From positions 310,001 through 374,000 of the forward strand of contig OZ218957.1 of assembly GCA_965112735.1 (NCBI GenBank): a DNA stretch of 64,000 nucleotides, read 5' to 3'. Each line of letters starts with the position of its first letter. Position 1 is the stretch's first letter. The notes under the pieces were generated by a model that ran no database searches, was not told the origin of the DNA, and saw only the letters and a list, made by a program, of their open reading frames with translations. This DNA comes from Phaeosaccion multiseriatum. Lineage: Eukaryota; Protista; Ochrophyta, other classes. The position numbers and the translations under genes were made by a program. Shown in pieces: positions 47,988-60,944 of the stretch.

Positions 47988-48520
47988 CCATCACCACCAC
48001 CACCACCACCCACAGCAGCAGCACCCACAGCAGCATCACCACCACCACCACCAGCAGCAGCCCCAAGAGACCAAACCTCAGCACGAGCAGCATCAGCAGC
48101 AGCAGGCGTTTGGAACACCCGCAGCGGCTGGGGGCGCGATCGGGATGGAGATGGGGATGGGGATGGGGAGCCAAAGCCACGGCCAGGGGCAGCAGCAGGG
48201 GCAGCAGCAGGGCCAAGGCCAGAGCCTCGGCGGAGGTGGGGGCGTGTATGCTTGCATCCCCGTGGGCGCCCCGCTGCACTCGAGCAGCAGCCGCGTGTAC
48301 TACAACTCCGTGCGGCTGCGCGAGGACAGCCCCGTGGTGATATCTGTGGACGATTCGGTGGAGCTGCTGGCGGGCGGCACTCACATGCCGTTCGTTGCGC
48401 TCGTGGAGGCACTTTGGCATGACATGCAGACGAGGGAGTGGAAGGTGCGTGTGTTTGTTCCCCCCTCTCTCCTCCGGCCCTCTCTCTCTCGCTCTCTTGA
48501 CCCATGCATTCACCAAGCCT

Positions 48521-48563
<43 letters not shown>

Positions 48564-50100
48564 ACTGCTGCTTGTACAGGTCCGCACGCGTTGGTTCTAC
48601 CGTGCCGAGGACGTGTCCACAGACGCGCTGCGCTCCTCCTTCCCTCTCGAGGGACCCCCGCATCCCCGAGAGCTCTTTCTCAGCGACACGGACGACGACA
48701 ACGATATTCGCAGCATCATCGCCAAAGTGTCCGTCATCCCGAGTGAGTGCTTCTTGCTGCCGGGGCGGCATTTGTTCCGTGCCTGAGAGGGGAGAGGGGT
48801 CTGGCAGCCGCAGACAAAATCAGGAGGAGGGGTCGGAGGAGGGGAAGGAGTTGGTTGTCCTTCAGTGAGTCCGTCGCCCCCTTGTGCTTGATGCCCACCA
48901 GCGTAGCTCATTGGCTCCCTGCCTGCCTCCTTCCCTCCCTCTCTCTCTGTCTCCCTCCCTCCCCCCCTTCCCCACTTCCTTCAGCTCTGGACCCCCCTGC
49001 CGTGCTGAGCAACGGAGAGTATGTCCTGCGTTGTCTGTACAGCCCACAGACAGCGACTTTCAACCTCCTCCCGCAGCTCGTGCAGCAGCAGGAGCAGCGC
49101 CAGCAGCAGCACGCCATGCAGGCGGCGGGCATGGGGGCAAGCGCGTCATCGGCGAGCGGCAGCAGCGGCGGGGGCGAGGGCGGCGATGAGGCCATGGTGC
49201 CTGTGGCTGAGCGTAGTATGCTTTCCTCGAGCGGCAGGGGGGTGCCCACCTCCGGCAGGGGCAGCAGGGGAAGCACTGATAGCCCCAGCCTGCAGGACAG
49301 TCACAGTCAGTTACAGGGGTCAGATGGACAGACACAGGGGCCGGAGGGGCAAGATGCCAATAAGCAGTCACAAGCACCGGCACTGGCCCCTTCCTCAGCC
49401 AACGCCGCTCGGGAGTCGGGACTGGTACACGACCAAGGGGGCAGCGTGAGTGCTGCGGGGAACGTGGGGAGTGGGGGGGGCGCGACCGTCAATTCGGCAG
49501 ACGCCCCCCCCCCCCGAGCCGCACCCACCGACTCGCACGCGCATTCGCAAGGCCAGGGACAGGGACAGGGACAGGGACAGCAAGCGCCACCACAACCACA
49601 GGGAGGACATGGACAGGTATACACGGCACAGAATCAGGGGCAGGCACAGGGGTCGTTTGGGGCCTCCTTGGAACACGCCAGTCAGATGGTGCGTGTGGAG
49701 GATGGGGAGGACGGGGTGGGCGTGGTGAGGTGGGGTGGATGTGATGCGTGTGGGTGGCGGCTCCTTTCGCAAGGCTTTTTTTCAGAGGACAGTGTGTCAA
49801 AAGTCCAATTGTCAATGCTCCCCTCCGCCCTTTGACCCACGCCATGGCGCCCCTCCGCTCCCCCCCTCCTATGCGATACCATACCACACCATCCCTCCTC
49901 GCAGCGCCTGCACCTGCCAGATCGGAACCCCTCGCCCTTCAAGCGCCAGCGTGGAGCAATCGCGGAGGGCGCCGTGCAGAGCAGTTCTCATAGGGGGGGT
50001 CCCCAGGGGGGCGATGCCCAGGGGGGGGGGTGGAGCAGCAGCGGGGGGCAGCAGCAGCTACAGCAGCATCAGCAGCAGCACCACCACCACCAGCAGCAGG

Positions 50101-50131
<31 letters not shown>

Positions 50132-50303
50132 ACGAGAAAGTTTGAGTTTGAGGGGTAGCCCGGGACCTCCTCAGCCTCACCCTCAACCTCACCCTCAGGC
50201 CCACTCTCAGGGGATGGGCGGCAGCGGGCTTGCTAAGGTAATCCTGCCCCATCCCACGGTTGGCGGGCTCCACCATCAGGGGCCACACGGTATGGGGCAC
50301 GGT

Positions 50304-50367
<64 letters not shown>

Positions 50368-50656
50368 CGCAGCAGCAACAACAATATCAGGCGCAGCAGC
50401 AGGCGGCGCAGCAGGCGGCAATGTACGATCCACAGCGGCACGCCCACGGGCAGGGGCTCGGCCAGGGGCACGGCTTGGGGGGCCAGGGCAACAGCGGGCA
50501 CTTCTTCCAACAGCACGGCCAGCAGCAGCACCAGCAGCACCACCAGCAGCTCGGCATGTACGGCGCACAGCAGCAGCAGCAGCAGCAGCAGCAGCGGCAA
50601 GGGCAAGGAGGACAGGGGCCCTTACTGCAATACCCCCAACACCATGGGCATCACCC

Positions 50657-50702
<46 letters not shown>

Positions 50703-50880
50703 GTGAAGGGCTCCCACCAAGGGAGGGCTCCACCTCCACCCTCCTCCTCCATGCCCTCCTCCACGCGCTGTGTGTACCGCGGGGAGAGCGGGCTCGAGTG
50801 GCGCTCTTACGCCTACCCGGGCATGGCCAACATCGTTGTCAGCCCCGACGGACAGGAGTGAGTGTGTAGGGGGGCAAGGG

Positions 50881-50937
<57 letters not shown>

Positions 50938-53587
50938 TGTGTGTGTGTGTGTGTGTGAGGTGTGTGTGTGTGCGTGTGTGTGTGTGTGCGTGCGTCGGAG
51001 GAAAAGGGCGACTCTTGAGTGTCGTCTTGTCGAGGCGAGGAACGTCATGCCTCCCTCCCACCCACCCTGCCTGCCTGCCTGCCTGCCTGCCCCGCTCCAG
51101 CCTGGCGTATCTGCAGCGTAACCGCTTCCGCGCCCCCCGTGGCACCTTCATCTCGAGCTTACGTCGCTGGTACAAAGAGTGGGGAGTGAGGCCCGATGTG
51201 GTCCTGCGGGAGTGGAGGGCTCAGCCCGATGAGAAGAGCCCCTCGTCCGAGTACTGGCAGGACTACAAAAAGGTAACTGTCATCTCCTCTGGTGCCATCC
51301 GTCTACTGCCATCCGTGTACTTCCCATTGCGTGTTACCCTTGTAACCTCTTGATCCTTACCCCAACACTCCAACCCGGTGTCCCTCCGTGACCGTTACTC
51401 AGGTGCGCATCGACTGGAGGGAGAGGGCCGGGCTGCGGACAGACCACTTCGTCCTCATGCTGCAGGTGAGTAATCGTTAAGGCGTGCAGGTTAACGGTTA
51501 ACGGTTCACCGTCATGGTGGGCAGGTCAACCGTTAAGGTGGGCAGATTGGCCGTTGAGGGGGTCAGGTCAGGTTTTCTCGTCTGCGCTGTGCTGGCCTGC
51601 CCATTGGGTCGCGTGTCATTGACTTACGATACCCCCCCCCCCCTCTCTCTACAGCACTTCATGCGCATCGACGGCGTGTACAAAGTGACGTACGAGAACA
51701 GCGTCACCAACATCGTCAATCGCCTCAAGGCCTTCGTCCCCACCAAGAGGAAGTGAGTAGCAGTCTTCAGCAGCCGTTATTCAGTGCCTGGTGTCAGTCT
51801 GCCCCCTCACCACAGTCGAAAGAAACCCCATGTCTTTCTTCTCTTCTCTCCTCTCCTCACTGTAACCTGTCCCGCCCATATGTCAATGAATGTGTCTGTG
51901 TGTTGCTGCCCATATGTCAATGAATGCATCCACACAGACGCGGAGGTGGGGGCGCCGGGGCGGGTGGGGTGGACCCGGGGGGGCGGGGCGGTGGCGGGCA
52001 TATGGGTCTGCCCATGCCGCAGGGAAAGCATATGGGGCTGGGGCAGGGGGGGGGGCACTTCTCCCAGGGGGGGGTCGGGCACTTTCCGCAGTCCCAGGGG
52101 GGGCAGCAGTCCCAGGGGGGGCAGCAGTCCCAGGGGGGGGGGATGTACCCGGGGGAGGAACTGTCCGCGGGGCAGCAGCAGCAGCAGCAACTCGTGTATC
52201 AGGAGGCGCAGTTCCACAGAGATAATCCCAACGGGGGCAAGCTCAACATCAGCAACAACGGCAAGGACAAGAGGGAGCGTACCGGCAAGGGCGTAGGCGC
52301 CGCCTACGGAGAGACTCGTGGCAAGCACTGGTGGGAGGAAGAGGTGCTGGGCTCAGGTCCGCCTCTGGGCCTCGAGGCTAAGGACTCTGTGGCCATTGTG
52401 CACCCCACCTCAGACACGCATCAGTGGTCCACACACAACGGCATTGAACACCGGATCATGGAGGTTAGTCACGAGAGAGGCTGCTGGGCCAGTGGATGGC
52501 AGTGGATGGATAGCACCTCTCTGGAGTCCTGAGTGTCGAATCTACAAGTAGAGGTCGAGTCTCTAAATAGAAGTCGAGTCTCAGCAGAGTAGAAGCAAGC
52601 GAAAGTTTAGCGGAGCCTCGCTCTTCTCTCGCCTAAACTCGGCGTCAGTCTCACCCCCTACTCCCCGCTGCCTGCCTGAATCACCAACCGCTGCACTGAC
52701 CTGAATTACCAACCCCCCCCCAACTCGCCAGTTGGAGTTCGAGGATGGCAACGACCTGAGGCCGCCAAAGGAGTCGCTACTCGACTTCGCTCTCAAGTGG
52801 CGCCCCGACAGCGCCTATCGATACGTGTTGCTCCCACAGGTAAGGCACCACCTTCCTTTGACTGACTTGGCTGACACCAAGTACAGACAGACTGCCTTGA
52901 CTGAGTTGACTGACACCATCCCAGGCACTGACTCTCTGACGCACCTTGACTGACTTGACTGACTGACTTGGCTGACACCAGGCTGTGCTGGACCGAGAGG
53001 GGCAGGGGAGGGAAACGGAGTTCACCAAGTACGTGCCGCTCATGGGCATCTACGAGAAGCAGGCAAGTGATGCTATTTGGGGGGGGGGGGGGGGTACCCA
53101 ACTGCATGTGGGCCGGCCCAGGCGACTGAAGAGGAGAGAGAGGGTGTGCGGTGTCAGCGGTATGACAGGGGAGAGGAGAAATAAGGCAATGAAATAAGGC
53201 AATGCACAGTGCTGTGCTGGGCTGTGCCGTATCACCAACTAGTAGGCTATGATGAGTCTGCCGCATGCATCCGTAACGACGCTCTCCCTTTCTCCTCCCT
53301 CTCCCTCCTCCCCTCTCTCCCATACCCTTCCATCTCCCCTCAGGAGGAGCTGCGGGCGGGGCGCTATTGCTGGAAACAGCTCTGTGTTCGCGGCCCCTCA
53401 GGGGAGGGCGGAGAGGTGGTGTCCGTGATCCACTTCCATCCCTCTACCTGCTCCTACGTCATCGAGCGAAGAGAGTGAGTCAGCCAGCCAAAGAAAGCCA
53501 AAGAGTGGGGGTGGTCTAAACCCTTGTGCTGCGATTGCCTTTCTCCCCCTCCTCCTTTCTCACGCCCTCGTTCGTGTGTGTGTGTGC

Positions 53588-53632
<45 letters not shown>

Positions 53633-56600
53633 GATGTGCGCGTCCGCGCCCGCCCTCCTTCTCAGACCCAACCGCGACCCTGTGATCCTCCCGTGCGAGC
53701 TTCAAGAGAGTGCCATCCCGGTCCACACCGAGAACGACTGGGGGAGAGTGCCTGTGGGAGGACTGCCAGGGGTGACAGGGGGGGCAGGCCAGTCCCCCAT
53801 GACGGGGTCGGGGGCTTTGCTCGTGCTGGGGTGTTGCACGCTCTACCCTCCCCGGAGGATTGTGTCTCTCATGGGGATGGACGTGAGGGCCGTGTGCTCC
53901 ATCGTGTGGCAGGGATGCTTCAGGGACAATCCCGATAAGGTAGGCGCGGGGAGGCGGAGCGGTGGGTGGGATGGGGCGGGGTGGCAGTGGATGTGGTGTT
54001 TGGAGGCGGGAAGGCAGTGGATGTGGTGTTTGGGGGCGGGAAGGCAGGGTGGGCCTTGTTGTGTAGGAGCGTGTTGGTGTGTTGGTTGGCCACTTATCCA
54101 CTTTTCCATGTACAAATGGCAAATGGTCGGCGCGACACGAGCAAAAAATGCCTTTGTCCTCCTCCTCCTCCTCCTCCTCCTCCTCCTCCTCCTCACACCT
54201 GCTCCTCCTCCTCCTCCTCCTCCCAACTCCTCACCCTCCTCCTTGTGCATGGTGTCAGGTGGCTTTTTCTCTGTTCTGCCGCCTCATCTTCGCACGCGAG
54301 TCGCCGGACACGGGGGAGATTGGAGTGGAGCAGTCCAGAGCCTTCGACGCAGAGAGAGTGGAGGTACGCGCAACACAGAGTAGCACAGAGTAGGGATCCC
54401 AGAGTACTCAGCAGCAGATGCAGAGTACGCAAGCTTAGGCAAGAGTCTTATACACAGAGAGAGAAGTCGAGTGGAGTGGGGTAATATGAGGGGAGGGAAA
54501 GGCAGTGAGAGGGAGGGCAGTGGTGCATAGGCACTTGACTTGATAGGCAGGCAGGTCTCCTTGCGTGCCTCCTTGCGTACTGTTGGTCTTTGTAAGAGCA
54601 CCAGATGAGCCGATGAGAGAGGCACGCCTGACCTGGCCCCCTCCCCGTCCACTGCCATCCTCTGCCATCCTCTGCCGCCGCCCCCCCCCCCGCCCAAGAT
54701 TTGCAACATGTTCCTCGTGGTGCGGTCCCCGGACGGCACATACGTGTACAGGGAGCACTACCTCGCCTTCATGGAGTGGTTCATGCGTCTGTTGCCCGAC
54801 ATGCCCCTCGTCGTCAAGGTAGGCCGTGTGGTTGTTCACTGTCCCTATATCTTGTGCTGATGAGCCTGTGAGTACCCCTGCTAGACCCCTTCCCTCGTAC
54901 TCTCCTTGCCTACCCTCTTTGCCTTCATCCTACTCTCCGGTCCTGACCCCTCCTACTCCCCTCCCCCTGCGTGGTGTCAGGTGCATCGCCTGTATCGCGT
55001 GCTGCGGGACGAGGAGGTGCCCTTCTGCTCCTTTCCGGCATCTGTGAGTCGCTTGGGCCGTCTACGGCACCGAAGCGTGCTGAGGCAGCAGAGCGAGGGG
55101 CAGACGGGCCACTACTGTCTTCGCGTGGGCAAGTGCCCTGGGCAACTCGTCATGGACTACACCGTCGCACAGGCGCCGCAGGTCAGGCCTGCTCTGTCTT
55201 TGTCTCTGTCTCTGTCTCTCTCTCTCCCCCTCTCCCTTTCTCCTCCGAGAAGGGCCGTCTCTAGGGGGGGATCGAAGCACTCGCAGCCAGCCCTGCTCCA
55301 TAGCTCCACCGGTGGGGAGGAGGGCACCGACCTTCAGACTCAGCAGCCGACAAGCGCAAATCTGTCGTCTCTCTCTCTTCCCTCCTCTATTCGAACCTGT
55401 GCCTGCACGTGTGCTTCCTTCTCCCTTTCTCACCCCACATTTCTCTCTCCCCCTGCCTCTCTCTCGTACGCCTCCTGTCTCTCTCTCTATATATATATAT
55501 ATCTCTCTCTCTCTCTTGCCCTTCTCTCTGCACCCTTCCTCCAGGCCGAGACAGACAGCGAAGACAGAGAAGGCATGCCCCTCCCTCCAGGCACGCAAGA
55601 GGCCCTCGTCAAGTCGTACTACCTCAGCATCAAGCACATCAGCCGCAGCGAGCTTGTCCTAGTCGGAGACAGTAACAAGCCGTCCGACCTTGAGGGGAAG
55701 ACGGTGTCCAGCAAGAAGGGGGTGGAGAGGAGAGAGGGTGGCGGAGAGGGCGTGGTAGTGAGCGGCGGGCAGGGCAGGGAAGGAGGAGAGGGGGGGGGCA
55801 AGGAGAAGGGCAAGGACGACACTATTGTTGATACTCAGAGGGTTAGAGACGGGGAGGAGGAGGGGGAGGAGGAGCAGGAGGAGGAGCATCAGTCGAGGGA
55901 CAGGAGCGATGGCAACGGAAGGGACGGGGCTGAGGACGGTGGTGGTGATGATGATGATGACTTTGCGCACATCGCACGGGTCGGCGGAGAGAGAGGAGAG
56001 GCGGCGGCAGAGGGGAAGGGCAACGGTGATCGCACAGGGGCGAAGCCGACTGTAAAGAGAGAGGGAAGCGAGGAGCGCGGGGCCAGGCCGGAGGGGGAGA
56101 AGGAGCAGCAGCGGGGGGAGAGCACCAAGGGAGAGGAAGAGGGCCATGAGCGGGAGAGCGGAAGCGAAGGCCACCGATCAGAGGCGGGATCCAGGAATAT
56201 GGATAGGGGCAACGGAGACGGGGAGGAGGACGAAGAGGAGGAGAAGAAGGGGGGCACCGAGGAGCGAGGGGCGAGGGGCAGCGAAGGGAGTCGCGAGGAG
56301 GACCAAAGGCGCGCGTCCGCTTCCCCAACGCTCCCCCCCGGTCAGCCGCACGGTCAGCCGCCCCACCGGAGAAGGGAGAGAGAACCTCTGCGGCAAAGCC
56401 CCCAGAGCTTGCCAGGGCAGGAGGTGTCGGAGGTGTCGGAGGTGTCGGGCATTCTAGCCCTCATCCGTCTCTTCAAAGATAAAGTGAGTGCGTGAGTGAG
56501 TGAGTGAGTGAGTGAGTGAGTGCGTGAGTGAGTGAGTGCGTGAGTGAGTGAGTGAGTGAGTGCGTGAGTGAGTGAGTGAGTGAGTGCGTGAGTGAGTGAG

Positions 56601-56855
56601 TGCGTGAGTGAGTGAGTGCGTGAGTGAGTGCGTGAGTGAGTGCGTGAGTGAGTGAGTGAGTGAGTGAAGGCAGAGGCCTCAGTCAGGGCAGCGGTCTGCA
56701 GTCGATCCGCATGACCCCTTTCTGACGCTATCCCTTCCCCTTGCTTCAATCTTCTCCTCCCCAAGCAGTTCCGCGTCAAGTGCCCGACTGTGCCACACAT
56801 GGAGGAGCGCTGCCTCGCTCCCGTGCCCGTGGCCAGGGCCAAAGTGGAGCTGTGA
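47893..56855 (+). CDS. Large multi-exon nuclear protein: polyQ + BAH domain + C-terminal STAT-type linker/SH2-like region
   Basis: BAH: VYYNSVRL...ISVDDSVELL...PFVALVEALW...VRTRWFYRAEDV...RELFLSDTDDDNDIRSIIAKVSV. Late exons YLAFMEWFMRLL...VPFCSF...VLRQQSEGQTGHYCLRVGKCPGQLVMDY...VKSYYL; stop at 56855. Confidence 0.7.
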
Positions 56856-57336
56856 GGGACACGCACGCACGCACACACGCACGCACACACGCACGCACAT
56901 GGCGTGGCTCTGTTTCCCGCCGACGGCGTGCAACAAGACGTGGCACAACAGGGTGTGCAATACTTGTTTTAAAGCTAAAGCTTATCGACTTAAAAAAGGT
57001 TTACAATATAGAACAGCAAACGCTTCGATTTTCCCACGTTCCTTGAGTCACTTGTCATTGACTTACTCACTACTGACGTCATTTTAAGGGGATACCATGA
57101 TACCACCGCATGCCCCGCACACCTCTTGGCGGGGGATGGCAGTGGACAGCGTCAGACCCGTGAAGGAGCGCGGCGGCCTCACTTGCCCGATCCGCTCCCA
57201 TGCCTTCTTCCCCTCTGCTGTGGGGGACGGGACGGGTCCGCCTCCCCCGTCACTCCTTCCCTCAGGAGGCGCGCGTTCTCTCTCGCAGCAGCAAGGCGCC
57301 TCTGCTGAAGCCTGAAGCCCCCCCTGCACCCCACTC

Positions 57337-57411
<75 letters not shown>

Positions 57412-57501
57412 GCCCTCTCTTTCGCGGTCATTCCGAGAGTGCCCCCTGCAGGTGTTGAGAGGAGCGTTCTTAAAGGCCTTCATGCCTGACATCGGCCTGC
57501 A

Positions 57502-58518
57502 TCAGTCCTGGCAGTTGCAGGGGTGTCCATTGGCATGCACCCACTGCTTGATGTCCTCAAAGGTCTCGGCGTCGATGCTAAAAGGTACCCCTTTGTCCCT
57601 TAGGACCTGTGGGCAAGTATTTTCGTCCCACGCGCACTGCACGGCCTCTGACCGGAGCCATTTCAACGTTGCCAGGCTATTCGCCCTCGTGACTGCAACA
57701 GTACAGGCCACTCCACCCCGATCCCAGTCGCAGAATTGACGGGCATGGGCGTGGAGGAGCTGCAAGACCCCAAGTTGTCCCTCCATAGCAGCGAACACAG
57801 CCCCATCGCGCCATTCTCCGCCTCCATTCTCTTCCAGCAAGGCCCTCGTGCGAGGATGATTGAGAAGGTACTCCACGACGGGAGAATGTCCTCCCATACA
57901 AGCGCCGTTCCAAGCGTCGCAGGACAATGAAGCATTTCCCTCCTCCGACAGCAGCCACTTTAGCACATCCAGATTCCCTTCTCTTGCAGCATCTCCACAA
58001 ATTTGTTCGGGCCATGGACACCTCGCCTGCTCGGGCCGGTCTCTGGATCGCATCCATTGGAGAATACTCAGGCCATGCTGCTCATTGTCTAATACCGCGA
58101 GGCACACGTCTTCATTCCAGGGACAGCCCTCGGCATGAATGGCCTTGCACACCCGTATATCCCCATGCTGGACAGCAGTTTCGAAAGTCTCAGTGCTCAG
58201 CACACACCCGAAGCGCCTTGCCCAGTGCAAGCGCTCCACGGACTCCACCAAGCTGTTATCAGAAGTGTTCTTGGCGGGATATACACGCCTGTAGTGGTCC
58301 TTCCACTCCTTGCTCACCGTCGCTAAGAAGGCGTCATGCCCTTCTCCGACAAAGCGCATGACTCTGTCCAATACCAGAGCCTGCGCCAATGCCTTCGCAC
58401 AAGCCTCAAAGCTGGCCACAGCAGGAGCAGGTGCCGTTGCTGCCGGGGGGAATGCTTTCGTTTGGCCGCTGCTGCTGCTGCTGCTGCCGCTGCCGCTGCT
58501 GCTCATACTGCATCCCAT
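57502..58518 (-). CDS. Intronless ankyrin-repeat-like protein, paralog B
   Basis: AVQHGDIRVCKAIHAEGCPWNE, AAREGNLDVLKWLL, same C-terminus IKQWVHANGHPCNCQD as 7871-9007; ATG 58518 preferred because the 58590 ATG lies inside the 44-bp insertion. Confidence 0.75.
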   Translation of the reverse strand: MGCSMSSSGSGSSSSSSGQTKAFPPAATAPAPAVASFEACAKALAQALVLDRVMRFVGEGHDAFLATVSKEWKDHYRRVYPAKNTSDNSLVESVERLHWARRFGCVLSTETFETAVQHGDIRVCKAIHAEGCPWNEDVCLAVLDNEQHGLSILQWMRSRDRPEQARCPWPEQICGDAAREGNLDVLKWLLSEEGNASLSCDAWNGACMGGHSPVVEYLLNHPRTRALLEENGGGEWRDGAVFAAMEGQLGVLQLLHAHARQFCDWDRGGVACTVAVTRANSLATLKWLRSEAVQCAWDENTCPQVLRDKGVPFSIDAETFEDIKQWVHANGHPCNCQD

Positions 58519-58568
58519 CCTCTTCCTTTCCTTTTCTACCTTGCTTTTTGTATCCCGTGATCGAGGAT

Positions 58569-58612
58569 ATTGCACCCTTTTAAGTGCCATCTACGGTTGT
58601 CTAAAAGTAACG
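58569..58612. repeat. 44-bp dispersed element, copy 2, flanked by 8-bp direct repeat TCGAGGAT
   Basis: TCGAGGAT at 58561-58568 and 58613-58620; 39/44 identity to 23969-24012. Confidence 0.7.
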
Positions 58613-58646
58613 TCGAGGATCTTTTCTACCACCCCAGTGTGCTGCG

Positions 58647-60690
58647 ATGGGCGAGGGAAAGTCTCGACGTGTGTCAGTGCTCGGTTCGGGCTCGTTGTTG
58701 GCCCCGGCCGAGTGGATCAAGGTGCTGCGGCGGACACCGAGCCGGAACGAGGCGGAGGGCAGAGGGGCATGGCAGGCGCTGCTGCTCGGGGCGGTGGTGC
58801 TTGGTGAGGCCTGCCTGTGTGCGCTCATCATACTGAAAGTGGCATGTGAGTCGGCCCATAGTAAAAGGAGGAGCCCGGGAAGTGAGGGGATTGGCGTATG
58901 TGAGCTCCCCCGCCTGACGCAGTACTTGCTCCAGGCTCCCAACTCCCTTTCCTTTTCCCTCCTCACGACGGGAGAAGAACACACCGAGGCCTGGCTCAAC
59001 CGCTCTAGTGCGCCCCCCGCTTCCCTCCCGCCCCCCTGCAGACACGGAGATCGACTGGGTGGCCTACATGCAGGAGGTGCAGGGCTTCCTCCTCGGGGAG
59101 AGGGACTACTCTCTGCTGCGGGGTGACACAGGCCCTCTGGTGTACCCCGCCGGCTTCGTGTACGTGTACTCCGGCCTGTTCCACCTATGTGACGAGGGAA
59201 GGGACGTGCGTCTGGCGCAGTGGATCTTCCTGGGCCTGTACGTGAGCCTCATGGGGCTCGTGCTGGCCATCTACCGTCGCGCCGGGAGGACCTCTCTGCC
59301 ACTGTACTGCGGCCTTCTCACGGCGCTGTCCCGCCGCGTGCACTCCATCTTCGTGCTGCGGCTATTCAACGACGGGGTGGCCATGTGGCTTCTCTACCTC
59401 GCTGTGCTGCTCTTCCTGCACCACCGCTGGCGCTGGGGCTGCCTGTGGTTCAGCCTTGCCGTGGGCGTGAAGATGAACATCCTGCTCTTCGCCCCGGGCT
59501 TGCTGCTGCTTCTGCTGCAGGTATGTGGCGGCATTGGTGGCCGTCTCGCCCTAGTGCTCTCTGTACCCTCCACCTACCCCTTCTCTGCTTCTCTTTAGAT
59601 ACAAGTGCGCCCCTCCCTCTGCCTCTCTCCGTCTCCTTGAGGCTCATCCCCTCCCCCTCTTGCCCTCCTTCCTCTCAGTGTACGGGGGTGGTGGAGACTG
59701 CCGTGTGCCTGTCCATCTGCGCCTCTGTGCAGCTGCTGCTGGGCGCGCCCTTCCTACTCACTTTCCCTGTGCAGTACCTGAGCAAGGCTTTCGAGCTCAA
59801 CAGGGTGTTCGAGCACAAGTGGACCGTCAACTTCAAGTAAGTGGGCTTGGGTCGAAGTATTAGAGCTTGGGTCTAAGTGAGAGAGTTTGGGTCTATGTGT
59901 GAGAGCTTGTCTAAGTAAGAGGACTTGACTTGAGTCTATGTAAGTGTAAGTGGCCATGGGTCTAGGTGAATAGGCTTGGGTCTAATAAGTGGGCTTGGGG
60001 CGTCCCATACCACCCACCCACCTCTCGCTCGCCTCCTCCTCCTCCTCCTCCTCGTCGTCGTCGTCGTCGTCGTCGTCATCCTCCGCTCCATCCCTTACTC
60101 CTGACCCTGCCCCCGCCCAACTGACTGCCTCTGCCCACACGCCTGTCCCTGCCACCTTGGCTAGGTTCTTGGCGGAAGAGACATTCGTGTCCCCTCGGGT
60201 GTCAGTCCTCCTGCTGGTCTGCACCGCGCTGAGCCTGGTGCTCTTTGCCGTCAAGTGGGTACGAGAGGCCCAAGCGCAGCAAGTAGCAGGCCGGGCGGGT
60301 GCCACTTTGCAGCCCCTGTACATTGCCAAGACACTCTTCGTGTCAAACTTTCTCGGCGTGGCTTTCTCGCGCACGCTACACTTTCAGTTCTATGTGTGGT
60401 ACTTGCACTCACTACCGCTGCTGCTGTGGACCACCGCCCTTCCCGTCCCGCTGTGTCTGGCGGTGCTGGGCGGGGTGGAGGTGGCCTTCAACTCCTTCCC
60501 GGCCTCTGCGGAGTCGTCTCTGCTGCTGCAAGTGTGTCACTTGACCCTCGTGGCGGCACTCGCCCTCGCACCCGTGTTCCCCGCCGGAGAGGAGGGAGAG
60601 GAGGAGAGGAAGCAGGGGGGGGGGACGGGGAGGAGGAGGAGGAGGAGGAGGAGGAGGAAAAGGAGAAGGCCACAGGCAGTACTCATATAA
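58647..60690 (+). CDS. ALG3: Dol-P-Man:Man5GlcNAc2-PP-Dol alpha-1,3-mannosyltransferase ALG3, 4 exons
   Basis: Y|[12 protein letters not shown]...[73 protein letters not shown]. Confidence 0.95.
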
Positions 60691-60944
60691 AGTCAAGCTG
60701 ATCAATTCACTACCGAAGGGACGAAGGAAGGGCTTGGCGTGCTGTGGCATGCTGCGTCTGTTCGAGTACCGTTACACAATGTTGTTACAGAAAGAGATCG
60801 TTCACGTTCATTCCTCCTTATTACACCATATGACTGCACAGCAGAGCCATATGACTGCACAGCAGAGTGGTGATTGGCGGCCTTCTCAAGCCTCACAGCT
60901 CTCCGCACAAGTGCTCTCTCTCTCGCCTTCGCTCGCCTCTCCCC

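Noticed and set aside
58519-58590. N-terminal extension MALKRVQY... of ankyrin paralog B
   Set aside because: That ATG lies inside the 44-bp dispersed element, so it is probably incidental.
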